A stretch of 25,035 nucleotides of DNA from Sarea resinae (GCA_026026165.1 JAPEUD010000096.1:62001-87035), one strand, 5' to 3'. Positions 1 to 11,377 are shown, counted from the first letter of the stretch. A program made the numbers and translations. Notes: generated by a model from the letters alone, not told the origin.

Positions 1-165
1 GATCCTGAAAGAGAACTTGATGAGATTATCGCGGAAGTCAAGGAAGAAATGACTAAGAGGGGCTTGTTAGGTAGGGATGCGAATGGCAATGGTAAGAACG
101 TCGGTGTCAACGTTGGGGAGGAGTTTAAGAAGGCTGTACTTGAGAAGTTGGATAAGAGGAAGTAA
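1..165 (+). CDS. 3' end of an unidentified CDS running in from the left edge
   Basis: Frame 1 is open from base 1 to TAA at 163-165: DPERELDEIIAEVKEEMTKRGLLGRDANGNGKNVGVNVGEEFKKAVLEKLDKRK*. It reads like a charged helical C-terminus; family not recognisable. Confidence 0.6.
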   Translation, partial: DPERELDEIIAEVKEEMTKRGLLGRDANGNGKNVGVNVGEEFKKAVLEKLDKRK

Positions 166-723
166 AGGGATGGCCTAAGTTTGGTCTCATTCTCTTTGGG
201 TTGCCGGCTTGAAGAGAGCTTCTGGCCTGGAAATTATTAGACGACTTCAGACTGACACTTATGCAACGGGATGGGGTGGGAATAAAAGTTGATCATTCAG
301 GTCTATCAGATATACATAAACTAGTACAAAGATCTTTTTTGCATGATCATCTTCTGAATCCTCCAAAACCATTACAGCCCCTATACTCTCTCTCCTCCCT
401 CCATTGTCGGGCTATATATACGCCTATGTGTCTCGGGATTCCGGTCGAGTTCTTTGCTAGAATCTGCAGCACTCAAACAGTAACATTCATCCTGCTTTCG
501 CTACAGGACTTTACTGCCCGGTAATTCTATCAATGCCAACTGTACCATAGGAGAAAAGATGCCGAGATATCCAAAGATGCTCGAGCTCACTATGATTGTA
601 CTTTATCTTAGAGGAGGTGAAATCTTTGGTACAGTGGTTCAGATCGGATTTAAGCAAGATAGTTATGATATCATCAATGATGAAATATACAGCTAATATG
701 TGTACCTAATATACTTCCACTTT

Positions 724-742
724 CCGCGTGGAGCGCACGCGT
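724..742. promoter_or_regulatory. MCB (MluI cell-cycle box)-like elements upstream of RFC4
   Basis: Perfect ACGCGT at 737-742 and near-match CCGCGT at 724-729, about 100 nt upstream of the ATG of a DNA replication gene. MBF/MCB control of replication genes is established in yeasts. Confidence 0.55.
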
Positions 743-836
743 AAATTCGACTCCGCCCGTCACGTCCCCCCCCCCCCCCAAACGCCGACAGCACCTCAGT
801 ATTGACGTGGCGATTTCATCCACCCACAACTTTACG

Positions 837-2417
837 ATGGCGAAAGCAGAATCTTCGACGGCGGCTGCCCGAAACGGCCTCAAAGCTAATTCTACTGGAT
901 CCGGATCAAATTATGAATTACCATGGTCCGTGCATGCTGTGCTGGAGTAGCAATTCCGGACTGACAGATGGCGCCGAACTGATAGGGTTGAGAAGTACCG
1001 TCCAATTTTCTTGGACGACATTGTAGGAAACACGGAAACGATTGAGCGATTGAAGATCATTGCGAAGGATGGAAATATGCCTCATCTCATCATCTCGGGC
1101 ATGCCGGGAATCGGAAAGACAACCTCGATTCTATGTCTTGCGCGACAATTGCTTGGAGACGCCTACAAGGAGGCCGTCTTGGAGTTGAACGCCAGCGACG
1201 AGAGAGGTGTGCTATGCCAACTTCTTTGCACCCAAAAGGAGGTGCATGTAATCTAACCGCAAAGACGCGCAGGCATCGACGTCGTCCGCAACCGCATAAA
1301 AGGCTTCGCGCAGAAAAAAGTCACCCTCCCACAAGGACGCCAAAAAATCGTCATCCTGGACGAAGCAGACAGGTCCGAATCCCTATGACCTCTTCCTCCG
1401 GTATATCTGTGAAAAAGCTGAACGATGCCCTAAACAGCATGACATCGGGCGCGCAACAGGCGCTCCGTCGCACAATGGAAATCTACTCGTCAACTACCCG
1501 TTTCGCATTCGCATGCAATCAGTCCAACAAGATCATCGAGCCCCTCCAATCCCGCTGCGCCATCCTCCGCTACGCCCGTCTAACAGACGCCCAGGTGGTA
1601 CGTCGCATCATGCAGATCTGCGTCGCCGAGAAGATCGAACATTCCGAAGACGGCATCGCCGCGTTGGTGTTCTCGGCCGAGGGCGACATGCGCCAGGCAA
1701 TCAATAATCTACAGAGCACCTGGGCCGGCTTTGGGTTCGTGAGTGGGGACAATGTGTTCAAGGTCGTGGATAGTCCGCATCCGATCAAGGTGCAGGCAAT
1801 GGTCAAGGCGTGCTATGAGACGAAGGTGGACGAGGCGTTGGACACGCTGAAGGAATTATGGTGGGTGGCCCCTTTTCGCCCTTTCTCCCTTTTACGTCTC
1901 TTTTCGTACGAGTCGCTTTTTTGTAGATGCACTGTGCTCACTTACGCTTGGGGTCGATTGCAGGGATCTAGGATACTCCTCCCACGACATCATCAGCACC
2001 ATGTTCCGCGTCACCAAAACCATCCCCTCTCTCTCCGAACACTCCAAACTCGAATTCATCAAGGTATTCTCCTAGCGCCTCGTCTTTTGCTCTTATCCCA
2101 TATATACACTACACTCCCTCTCTCCTCCGCCCCACCCCATCCCTCCATATTAGAACCCCCCAACCCCCACCTACCTACCTACCTACCTACCTACCTACCT
2201 CCCCACCACTCTTTCCAACCACCCACTTAAACCCCGCTTCAAAACCACACAACTAACGCGCCTGGCGCCACCCCGTCCCCAGGAAATCGGCTTCACACAC
2301 ATGCGCATCCTAGAAGGCGTGCAGACGTTCCTCCAACTAGCCGGCTGCGTGGCCCGGCTCTGCAGAATCAACATGAAACCACAGCTCTTTGAAGCGCCGC
2401 CGGCCTCTGCTGCATAG
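837..2417 (+). CDS. RFC4: Replication factor C small subunit 4 (clamp-loader AAA+ ATPase), 6 exons
   Basis: Exons 837-925, 986-1206, 1273-1372, 1438-1860, 1964-2063, 2283-2417, all GT-AG. Spliced protein has ELPWVEKYRP, Walker [24 protein letters not shown], Walker [12 protein letters not shown], the SRC motif (LQSRC) and [13 protein letters not shown]. Confidence 0.96.
2169..2200 (+). repeat. (ACCT)8 microsatellite in the last RFC4 intron
   Basis: Read directly from sequence. Confidence 0.9.
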
Positions 2418-2643
2418 ATCAGGAGGAGGTTCCCAGGAGGCACTCCCTCGGGAGTGCTCCTTCACCCCCCCCAAAAAAGCGGAATAGTATACGGTCGATT
2501 TGACCGGGACGGGCATGGCACAGGGCGTTCAATTTATACGGGTTCGTTGGCCATTTTCGATCTAGCCTCGGCGTTTACATGGAGAGTTGCTTTTTCCTTT
2601 CTCTTTTTCTTTCTCTTTTTTTTTTTTCAAAGGTGGGCGTGAT

Positions 2644-2674
2644 ATGTGCTATGTGCTATGTGCTATGTGCTATG
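2644..2674 (+). repeat. (ATGTGCT)4 tandem repeat
   Basis: Read directly; lies downstream of the RFC4 stop. Confidence 0.85.
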
Positions 2675-3041
2675 CGTATACACGGGGAATGAACAAACAA
2701 GACGAAACGCTAGCCCCAGATCGACCCATCGAGAGTGAGGAGTGAGCAGGTCGTCATGTGCGAGTTCGAGTTCGGGAGAAGTACCTTAGCTAGTGCTTGC
2801 TTATAGTCTAGTGCCCCATCAGCGAGCGCATGACGGGATCGTTATCGTATCTCGTTTCTTGTATCTCGTATCTAGATCTTACTGCTGTTCATGAGCGAAG
2901 TTCTGCTGTTGTTGGACTCGTCTTCTGGGCGCGCAGGCCGGAAGGGAGACTCTGTGCTCGTTATTTTTGTTGCTTACTGCCTACACTACGCCATGTGTCA
3001 ACGAGTGGGGGAAACTTGGGGATCGAGATCAAGGAGGTGTG

Positions 3042-3081
3042 TAGATAGATAGGTAGGTAGGTAGGTAGGTAGGTAGGTAGA
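3042..3081 (+). repeat. (TAGA)2(TAGG)7 microsatellite
   Basis: Read directly from sequence. Confidence 0.9.
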
Positions 3082-4210
3082 TGGGCATAAGCTGGGAGCA
3101 AGATCCAAGACTTGGGATTCCTCATGTCACGCACTATATCCCTGTGCCTTTGAAGGAAGGTCAGACCAGACCGAGCTTCCAAGTGCGGCTTTTGGGGGAA
3201 AAAACGGAGCTTGAGAATTGGAGCAGCGCTAAAGTAAAAGTAGATTGCTCAAGGTAAGGCAAGGTAAGGTAGGTAAGCAACCTAAGATCCGGACCATCTA
3301 CCACATCTACCTTTCACCTTCCTTTCTCCCCAGAAATCGTACAAGATGAATCTCTTTCCCTCTCTCTCTCCCCCCCTCGATACAATTTCAAGTACATCTG
3401 CAAGAATCTCAAAGCCAGAGAAGAAGAAAGACGGACCATCCCGTTGTTCTCCTCCCTCCCATGTACCAATCCATTCCGGTCCGAATCCTGCAACAATTCT
3501 CAAACCCCATCGAAGCTGAAAGCCATACAGCCCAAGGGATCGGCAAGCCAAAAAAAAAAAGAAAAAGGGAAAGGCAAAAATCAAACAAGACAAAAGGGCA
3601 ATGCTAGAGAGCGAGCGCTATGTGAACTATGATTTCCGCAACTCATACATCGTCTTAGATAGCGAACAATGCAACCATCCGGCAATGCGACATCAGCATC
3701 AGTGCATCAGCAGCGGTCATCTCCATCAGTAGTAGCGATGGCAGAAAATCAAACAACAATAAAAGAACGCTTTCTTTCGTTCGTGAGGACCAGGGTCGTC
3801 GCCCTGGTCGTGGTCATGTGTAGGTATAGATATAGATAAGTTCGTTGAAGTGACATCAGACATATTCTCATTCTTTCTGAATGATCTTCATGTCTTGTAG
3901 GTGGGTGGTAGGTCGGTCCGTCGGAGTAAGGAGTTTGCTCCCGGCCGGTTTTGCATTATAGTCGAGACGTCTCGTGCATTTGTAGCAAGGCAAAGCAGGG
4001 CGGGTCTAATCGATTGTCGAACGCAAAAAAGTGTCAAGGCAATGAAATGGAGCAAAGTTGTCGTTTTCGTGGGCCGAAAGGCCAGTATGGTAAACAAAGG
4101 GCGTAAAGTCGGAAATTCGCATAGTGAGCGAAGGCGTGAATATACGTATCGTGTGTACGCAGTCATGTACGTAGTAATGCTAGATATGGGTGTAGCGTAA
4201 GGAAATGATG

Positions 4211-6352
4211 TCAGTGCGAAGCGACAACAGCGAGGGCGATCTGATAGCTTGGTTAGCTTTACTTGGCGGACATCAAATAGGAGTCAAAAGAACTCACTAC
4301 AGCGCCAATGACGAGGACTCCAACACAGGACATGATTCGGTTGAGATTGCGCCACCATCGAGCATTTTGGTAGCGGGCTTCTTCTGCCGTTGCTTCGGCG
4401 GTGCGGGGGATGGCTTTTTCGACATCTCTCGTGCTGGGATCCGGGCCTTTGCCTTTTGCGTTGCCTGGGCCCTCTGCGTTGCTTTTACCCTTTTCGTTGA
4501 TTTTGCTCTTTGGTGTGAGCGCGGGCGTAGACGAGAGCGTGGGAGTATCGGTAGGCATGGCCGCAGTGGTCGCGGGCATAGGCAGAGGCAAGAAAGCTCC
4601 GATCATCCAAGCTTTATCGAAAATTAGCATTCTGATGCCGTAGCTTTTCTGAGGCTCATACGACTCACCGAAAGGAAAAACAAATCCTAGACAGAACAGC
4701 AAGACCTGGAGATTGCGCTTGCTGAGGACTCCAGTCTCGGCCTTTGCCGGTATTTGAGGTGGAGGCTGCCACACGCTGTTCCGATCGCTGGCTCTTTTGT
4801 CTTGCTGCAGACGCGGGGCCCAGCTCTCAGAGATCTGCCGTGGTCGGGGCGGACCAGTGATGAGGACATCTTCCTGGGGGGCCGCTTCGATATCCAGAGA
4901 ACCACGAATAGGTGCCTGATGCTGGTGGGGTCGGTTTCTCGGGCGGAAAATATGATACGGGAAATCCCCTGACGTGGGCGATCCACTCCGGTCGGCGCTA
5001 TCCGCCGTACCGGGGACGGAGCCTGGCTCATTATGGCGGTAAAAGGTCCTTTTAGTGGCGTTAGTACTCGAATTCTCTTCAACAGTTGCCAGATGCTCAG
5101 CGTGAGAACGTCGGTGAAAGTACCTTGCCCAGGACGGGATATTGTCGGTGAAGCTGTTAGTTCTCTGGCTTTGCTCGTCACTTTTTGACCCTCGTCTTGA
5201 GCTCGCAGATGAGTTGCTGAGGAAGCCCGAGACCCGACTACGCAACGAGCGCAGCGATTTGGTGGGCTGCAGATCTGGAACGCTATCGTCGCTCTCGTTG
5301 ACGATGCGGATCGTCGATCGAGCTGCTCCTCGTGTCGCTTGGCCGGAACGGCCAGATCGGCTTGGCGCGGACGTGGCTGACGATGCGGGGATGCCGCTAC
5401 TTCGTTCCGTGAAGGCTTTCGAACTGCGCTCTGGCTCGGAGAAGACGGTAGACAAGTCGGAATATCGCTGCCTCTGAGCAAAAGACGATTCGTTGGTGCG
5501 AGTCCGCTTGGGCACCGCAATTGAAGTCTCTGCCCACGATCCCACCGCAGAAGGTGGCCGAACCATGGGATATTGAACATTGGCTCCGCTCTCGATCGCC
5601 GCTTGTAGAACGGTGGCAGAGGGGGCGATCGGGACCGAGATTGAACGATGAGCGGTCGAGGCCCGAGAACCGTTCGACCCGCGCAGAGATTCCGCCGAGC
5701 TTTTGAGGATCGGCTTGAGCGGGACGGCCGTTGTCGACGAAGACCGCTTCGAGGCAGATCGTCGAGGGGCAGCTGGAGCATCGCTATTCCCATCGAGGGA
5801 TTTCGGGGGAGACGGATCCGTCGAGCGCGCTTCGGACTCCGAGGGCAGTTGGATGATGGCGTAGCTCTCCGGGTCTGTCGACTTGACTGTCTCATCGGAC
5901 TTGCGAGAATCGTCGTCGACCTTTCGGATGGTACTGTACGACGACAAAGCCGCCGAGACTTTGGACAGGTCGGCGGCCCGCGACGGAGCCGGTCCCGTCC
6001 CAGGTGAAGCCGCCTCGGGCGAAGTGGTATGCTTCTGGCCCTGCCTCGCCTTCCTCGTCACACCCTGCGCCGGTGAGGAGGCATTGCTCTTGGGTTTGGG
6101 CGAATCGGCGGGGGTGATATAGCCCTTCGAATTGCCTTCGTCTTCGAAGATGCGGATGCCGAGGCCATCGTTGTGCGGCGGGAGGATCTGAGAGGGTTGC
6201 GTGGGGAAGGGACTGCTCGAGTAAACTCGCGCATCGAGGTCTTCAATGAGTCGAATGGTGGAAGTGAGGATTTCATTATTTTGAGATTCGGATCGTTCAT
6301 GCAGGGCACGCCGCCTCGGCGAGGATCGGCCGGACTGTGTCGGAGAGACCAT
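4211..6352 (-). CDS. Ser-rich, largely disordered protein with two C-terminal transmembrane segments, 4 exons; function unknown
   Basis: The 697-aa ORF contains retained introns. Exons 6352-5124, 5048-4669, 4611-4298, 4240-4211; donors GTACTT, GTGAGT, GTGAGT; branch sites ACTAAC, GCTAAT, GCTAAC. Spliced C-terminus: LLFCLGFVFPFAWMIGAFLPLP...RYQNARWWRNLNRIMSCVGVLVIGAVIALAVVASH*. Confidence 0.85.
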
Positions 6353-7383
6353 GGTGCTCGCTAGATTAATTATGGTATATATATGTCGCTAGAAATTGGC
6401 AGATGGCTGGAAATGCTCAAATGACATTCATTATCGTAACGTCGGAAAAAGAGCGATTAGAATTGAACAGATGGATGATAGTTTTTTTCGTAAAGAACGT
6501 CGAGAAGCTGTAAATCGGGCTGAAAGAATGACTGAGGGCTGGACCAAAAGAGTGTCGATGCTGCTGCGTGCCTGTAGAAGGCGTAAAGAGTGAACGCACT
6601 GCGATGAGTGCCAAAGGAAAGAACAAGGTCCGGGCGACGACGAGAAGAAGAATAGCAGTAAAATGGAGGGAAAAAGAGGGGAAGAAAATGGAGAGATAGG
6701 ATCGAGGAAAGAAAAGGTCGTTGCGGCTTCTGACCTCGGCCTCCGTGCTGCTTCCTCCTTCCCGCCCGGGGAGGGATGGAAAAGGCGGTGATGGCTCAGC
6801 TGTGGACTTCAGGGGAGCGTGTCAGGAATTAGGGACCTAGTGGGATGCACGCTGCAAGTTCTGGTGATGCGAGAGTCGCCCGGCAGCATTGGGTCAGGTA
6901 CGAGGTACCGCCGACCGACGCAGGAACAGCAGCTAACTCAGGTACCCGTCCGTCCTGTTCTGTCTGTCTGCCAGTCCGTCTCACTCGGGGACATGCACGA
7001 GCCTATGCAGCATCCAATGCACCGTGATCAACCTGAGGGGATCGAATCCGTCTGGGGGCGGTCCCGTTCGCCCACGATCCAGCGAGGCGCAGTCGTCGTC
7101 GTCGTCCCCTTTACGTGCTCTGCGGTGCGATTGATCGGATCGGATCTCCTGGCTTATCGATATACGAAGACCTGGAATAGAAGGCTCGTCGCGTGCAGGG
7201 GCGCCGCGGGCAGCAAACACGCTGCAGACACGTTTCCCGCCGAGTCCAGAGTCCAATGCTTGGGCCCGAATGGGCGTAGTGGTCCGTCGTAGGGTACTCC
7301 TCCGTAGAAGTACTACGAAGTAGGTCTTGTCCGAAGGTACCGAGTACAACGGACAATTCCGATACGAGACAGACAGAGACAAT

Positions 7384-7407
7384 GGCGAAGGCGAAGGCGA
7401 AGGCGAA
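7384..7407 (+). repeat. (GGCGAA)4 tandem repeat in the divergent intergenic region
   Basis: Read directly from sequence. Confidence 0.8.
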
Positions 7408-7876
7408 GATGATCCGGGTCGAAGACTCGAAGACAAAGAGCGAGAGAACAAAGAGGCACGAGGGACGCGGGTCGTATTAAGTAGAACGGTCAAGTCGAAG
7501 AGAGAAAGGTGGGCGCCGACACCGTTCAACGGCAACGGGCGCAAGAGACAATCAACAAAGCAAATTCCTCGTCGTCAGAGACTCGTCCGCAGGAATTGGA
7601 ATGGAAGGGCAGGTATCGTGAGTTCGTGGCAATCGTCAGAATCAATGAACAACGACTGTAGCGTAGTCCTAGGAGGTCGAGTGCGGATGAGGGCAGGGCC
7701 GGCCTGGTGCCTCTTAGATTTCTCTGTCATGAGTCCGCACCATCATCTCTATTGACTCCATCATCACCACCACCCGCCGAGCATGGGCCATCCCCTTCTT
7801 TATACCCGCACGCCGTCCACTTCACCCCCAGCACGAGACCCTTCACTGCTCCCCGCAACGTGTCCACGGCCCGCTC

Positions 7877-9336
7877 ATGGCGCCGACCTCCAGCGTTCTC
7901 AATCCCTTCACGAATGCCTATTCCGGGCTCGGCCATGGTGAGTGCCACCCCCCTCACTGGCTGCGACCCTCCCGCTTGTGAAACAACACCCGTCTCTGTC
8001 GCGCGCGCACACGCCCCCAGCCTTGCGCGGCGCTGTTGCAGAGCCGCCCACGTTCTTAAACGTCTTTCTTCCCCCCCACCGCTGTCTTTGTTTCGTTCTC
8101 TGAAACGAAACATCTTCTCGCGGCCCGGCGGCGTCTGCGATCAGCGGCTGACTTCAGATGCATCCAGAGCATGGCCTCCCCGCGCTTTCGACCTCCTTTG
8201 CCGTGATCCTGGCCGTAAGTTTTTCCACTCTCTTATCGACAATGCCTGTGTAACGCCAAGGCTACTACTTTCTCCATGCTGGAGAGCTGATCAGACACAC
8301 TCGCAACCTCCAGATCATCTACACCCTGACCTACGTCCTCCCCTTCTACCTATCGCCGACCACGCGCCCCTCGCCCGCCCTCTCGCGCGACGCCCCCTCG
8401 GTCATCCGCGCCCGCATCCGCGCCGTCTCTCTATCCTGCCTCATCTGCGCGACGACCACGCTCCTCGTCCTCCTCGCATGGGCCTCGCTCTCCCCCCTTG
8501 AGGCCGTCCGCCTCCTGGGCTGGTTCCCCATCTCGCCCACCGACATCACCAAGACGGCGACCCTGACGGCCCTGCTCTTCGCGGGCCCCCTCTTCGAGCG
8601 CGGCGTCGTCGAAGGCGAATGGCGGAACTGGATCCGCGGCGCCCGCGTGGCCGAGACGCTGGGCAGCTGGATCGGATGGCGCAACTTCGTCGCGGGGCCC
8701 ATCACCGAGGAACTCCTGTTCCGCTCGCTGCTGACGCCGCTGGCGCTGCTCTCGCACCACGGGCCCGCGGCCGCGGCGACGGTGACCCTGACCACGCCGC
8801 TCTACTTCGGCATCGCCCACGTCCACCACTTCTACGAGTACACGCTGACCCACCCGCACACGCCGCTGCTGCCCGCCCTGCTGCGCTCCCTCGTCCAGTT
8901 CGCCTATACCTCGCTCTTCGGCTTCTACGCCACCTTTGTCTTCCTGCGCACCGGCTCGCTGCCCGCCGCCATCCTGGCCCACGCCTTCTGCAACTGGTGC
9001 GGCTTGCCGCGGCTCTGGGGCCGCGTCGAGCCGGGCGTGCCCATCGGCCCGCCGGACATCGGCAGTCGACGGAAGCGCGACGGCGAGGACGTCCGGGGCG
9101 CCGTGGGCGCCGTGGGCCAATTCCGGGTCGGTCCACCAGCAGGAGGAGAGACGGACGAGGGCGAGGACATCGCATGGACGGTGGCATACTACATCATCCT
9201 GGTGGGCGGCGCCGCGGCCTTCTACGAGTGCCTGTGGGCGTTGACGGAGTCGGGGAACGCGCTGGTTGCTTTCGGGCCGCCTGCCCTTACTGGTGGTGGT
9301 GGTGGTGGTTTGGCCTCACCGGACTCTGGAGCTTGA
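7877..9336 (+). CDS. RCE1: CaaX prenyl protease 2 (Rce1, CPBP/Abi family intramembrane protease), 3 exons
   Basis: Exons 7877-7937, 8168-8214, 8314-9336. Contains YVLPFYLSPTTRPSPALSRDAPSVIRARI and the catalytic motifs GPITEELLFRS (EExxxR), FGIAHVHH (FxxxH) and HAFCNWCGLP (HxxxN), with several hydrophobic helices. Confidence 0.93.
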
Positions 9337-9911
9337 CAAAGATCCCCTGTGCTTTCGTAGCGTTTTGCCTTTTTATCCTTTGTTTCCTTTTCTTCCCTGG
9401 CCGTTCGCACCATCTAGCTGGCTTTTCCCGGCGCCGGAGCTGTGGCGCATCTACCTTATCTGACCACCACCACCACCACCACCCTCCTTCTCACTTCCCT
9501 AGGCCTAGATATCTCCTCTAGCCATCCATCTATCTATCTCCTCGAGCTAGCCACCACCTTCCTTCCTAGCTACCTAACCTACCACCGATATAAAAATTCC
9601 AAGATAACACCTCCGAACTTGGAGACCAGGTTCGGTTTGTATTGCTAGAATAAAACAGCAGAGATAGATAGTCACACCATGTCAATAACATGAGACTCAT
9701 TCGGATGATTCTACTTCTACACAACAGACACAGACATTCCCCCTTCTCACACGTGAAATCATTTCTCGGCTACTCGTCCACAGCAAGGACTTTACAACAT
9801 GAAAAAAACAAAGGCAAAAATTCCAACTTCCACGAGCGAGGGAAAGACCCTCGGCATGGTGGACAGGGGAGCAGAAAAGACCAAGCCCACCCCAGTCGAG
9901 TAAGGGGCACC

Positions 9912-9912
<1 letters not shown>

Positions 9913-9970
<58 letters not shown>
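9913..9970 (+). repeat. 58-nt poly-C homopolymer
   Basis: Uninterrupted C run between two convergent genes; exact length may be an assembly estimate. Confidence 0.85.
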
Positions 9971-9971
<1 letters not shown>

Positions 9972-10200
9972 CCACCACCTCACGACCGCAACCTTACAAC
10001 CACTAACCTGGCCGTCGAGCGCACGTCCCAAAAAACCCTCCTTCCTTACTCTTCCGACCCCACCAGTACGAGCCATGGGCGCACTGTCATCCTCGTGTGC
10101 CTCCAGGGCCGCCGGGGCGCCATCCAGCGCTTCGGCTAGTAATCCAGGTATCGTCTCGCGATGCGCTTGCAGCTGCGCGAATGGTGTCGGGGGCAGAGGA

Positions 10201-11046
10201 TCACCACTCCGACGGGGTCGGGCCGACGTGCTGAGCGATTGTTGGAAAGGCCTCGAGTGCGATGGTTAGCGCGTTGGCGACTGCTGTTATCGATCTCGGT
10301 GGGAGGACTGGGGTAGATGAGGAGAAAGTGCTGGTCGGGGACGTGGTGTTGGTAATCGCGGTGGGGTAGATGAGCAAGAGGGGTGCTTTCACTTCCCCAT
10401 CCGCGTCCTCTTGAGGGTCTTTCTTGGAGCCCGATTGGGCATCATCATTCTCATCAGCATTCTCATCGTCTTTTTCCATTCCATTACTCTCTCGTCTTGA
10501 AGGTATCGAGTGATAGGGCGACGACATGGACGACGAAGTCGACGACTCGGCAGACATCATGACTGCATCTCTCACGCCACGTCCGGCGCTCGAATGCATA
10601 CTCAGTAGCGCCACATCACAACGGACCAGCGAGCGGAGAGCGGAGTTGGCGAGGCGGCGGAACCGAATGTCGCTTGGGGGATGTTGCTGGGCTTGAATGT
10701 GGTACGAATAGCGGCAGTCGTTGTTATTGCCTGACGTTTGAAAGCATGAAGATGAGGACGAAGGGGGTCGAGGGGCGGAGATGCTAAAGTCTCTGATGGG
10801 ACCTTCCTGCGTCGGCCGCTCTTTGGAGCTGGATGTGCTTGGGATCAGCACTTGGAGCTTAGTTCGAGCTCGAGCTCGGGTTCGTGGATCGCCGTCTGGG
10901 CGCGGCGGGCGGGGTGGTGGGCGAGGGGGGCGCGGTTCGCGTTGCGGATCCGAGCCATCATTATCCTGGCTTGACTTCCATAGGTCAGAGAAGAGCAACG
11001 GAATACCACCTGAAGATGAAGATGAAGATGAAGATGAGAAAGACAT
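10201..11046 (-). CDS. Hypothetical low-complexity (Ser/Pro/Asp-rich) protein
   Basis: Part of the 346-aa ORF 11241-10201. I prefer the GCC-ATG at 11046 because a TATA-like CTTATATAAAC lies on the minus strand at 11141-11131, and the ATG at 11241 is only ~137 nt past the SDR stop. No family recognised; 3' end uncertain. Confidence 0.45.
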   Translation of the reverse strand: MSFSSSSSSSSSGGIPLLFSDLWKSSQDNDGSDPQREPRPPRPPPRPPRPDGDPRTRARARTKLQVLIPSTSSSKERPTQEGPIRDFSISAPRPPSSSSSCFQTSGNNNDCRYSYHIQAQQHPPSDIRFRRLANSALRSLVRCDVALLSMHSSAGRGVRDAVMMSAESSTSSSMSSPYHSIPSRRESNGMEKDDENADENDDAQSGSKKDPQEDADGEVKAPLLLIYPTAITNTTSPTSTFSSSTPVLPPRSITAVANALTIALEAFPTIAQHVGPTPSEW

Positions 11047-11377
11047 GGCCGAGCGGGGAGTCGAATCGATAGCGTAAGTCAAGAGTATTAGCCCGTCTCG
11101 ACTCTCTTGGAAGAGGTAATGTGAAGCTTGGTTTATATAAGATAGAATGGTAGACGAAATTGCCACGAATGCCACGTAGGAGGCCAGCCCCATCTTCCAG
11201 TCCACAATCATGCTGGCAATGTTGTCATTACTGTTTGCCATTATGAACCAAGAGAATGCAGCAGTTGATGGTCATATTAAACAGCACCCGCTCGTGACCA
11301 GTTGGGACAAACTTCTTGGGCCAGCACACCCGAGAAACTCAATTGGGGTTTCATGCTGTCGATGCCATGGTGAAATA

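Noticed and set aside
1133..2230. 365-aa ORF as a stand-alone protein
   Set aside because: It is RFC4 exon 4 plus read-through of introns and out-of-frame exons.
3250..3335. GTAAG repeats followed by a pyrimidine tract and CAG, resembling an intron of a hidden gene
   Set aside because: No flanking coding frame; probably part of the local TAGG/TAAGG simple-repeat family.
4687..5895. 402-aa alternative-frame ORF inside the Ser-rich gene
   Set aside because: Arg-rich shadow frame of GC-rich coding DNA with no motifs.
6819..7755. 140-190 aa ORFs in the divergent intergenic region
   Set aside because: Low-complexity, repeat-derived and lacking motifs; more consistent with promoter or 5' UTR sequence.
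8346..9521. Several overlapping 100-300 aa ORFs on both strands over RCE1
   Set aside because: Explained by stop-codon scarcity in very GC-rich coding sequence.
9690..10139. Poly-Pro and poly-Gly ORFs
   Set aside because: They are translations of the poly-C homopolymer; no other coding signal.
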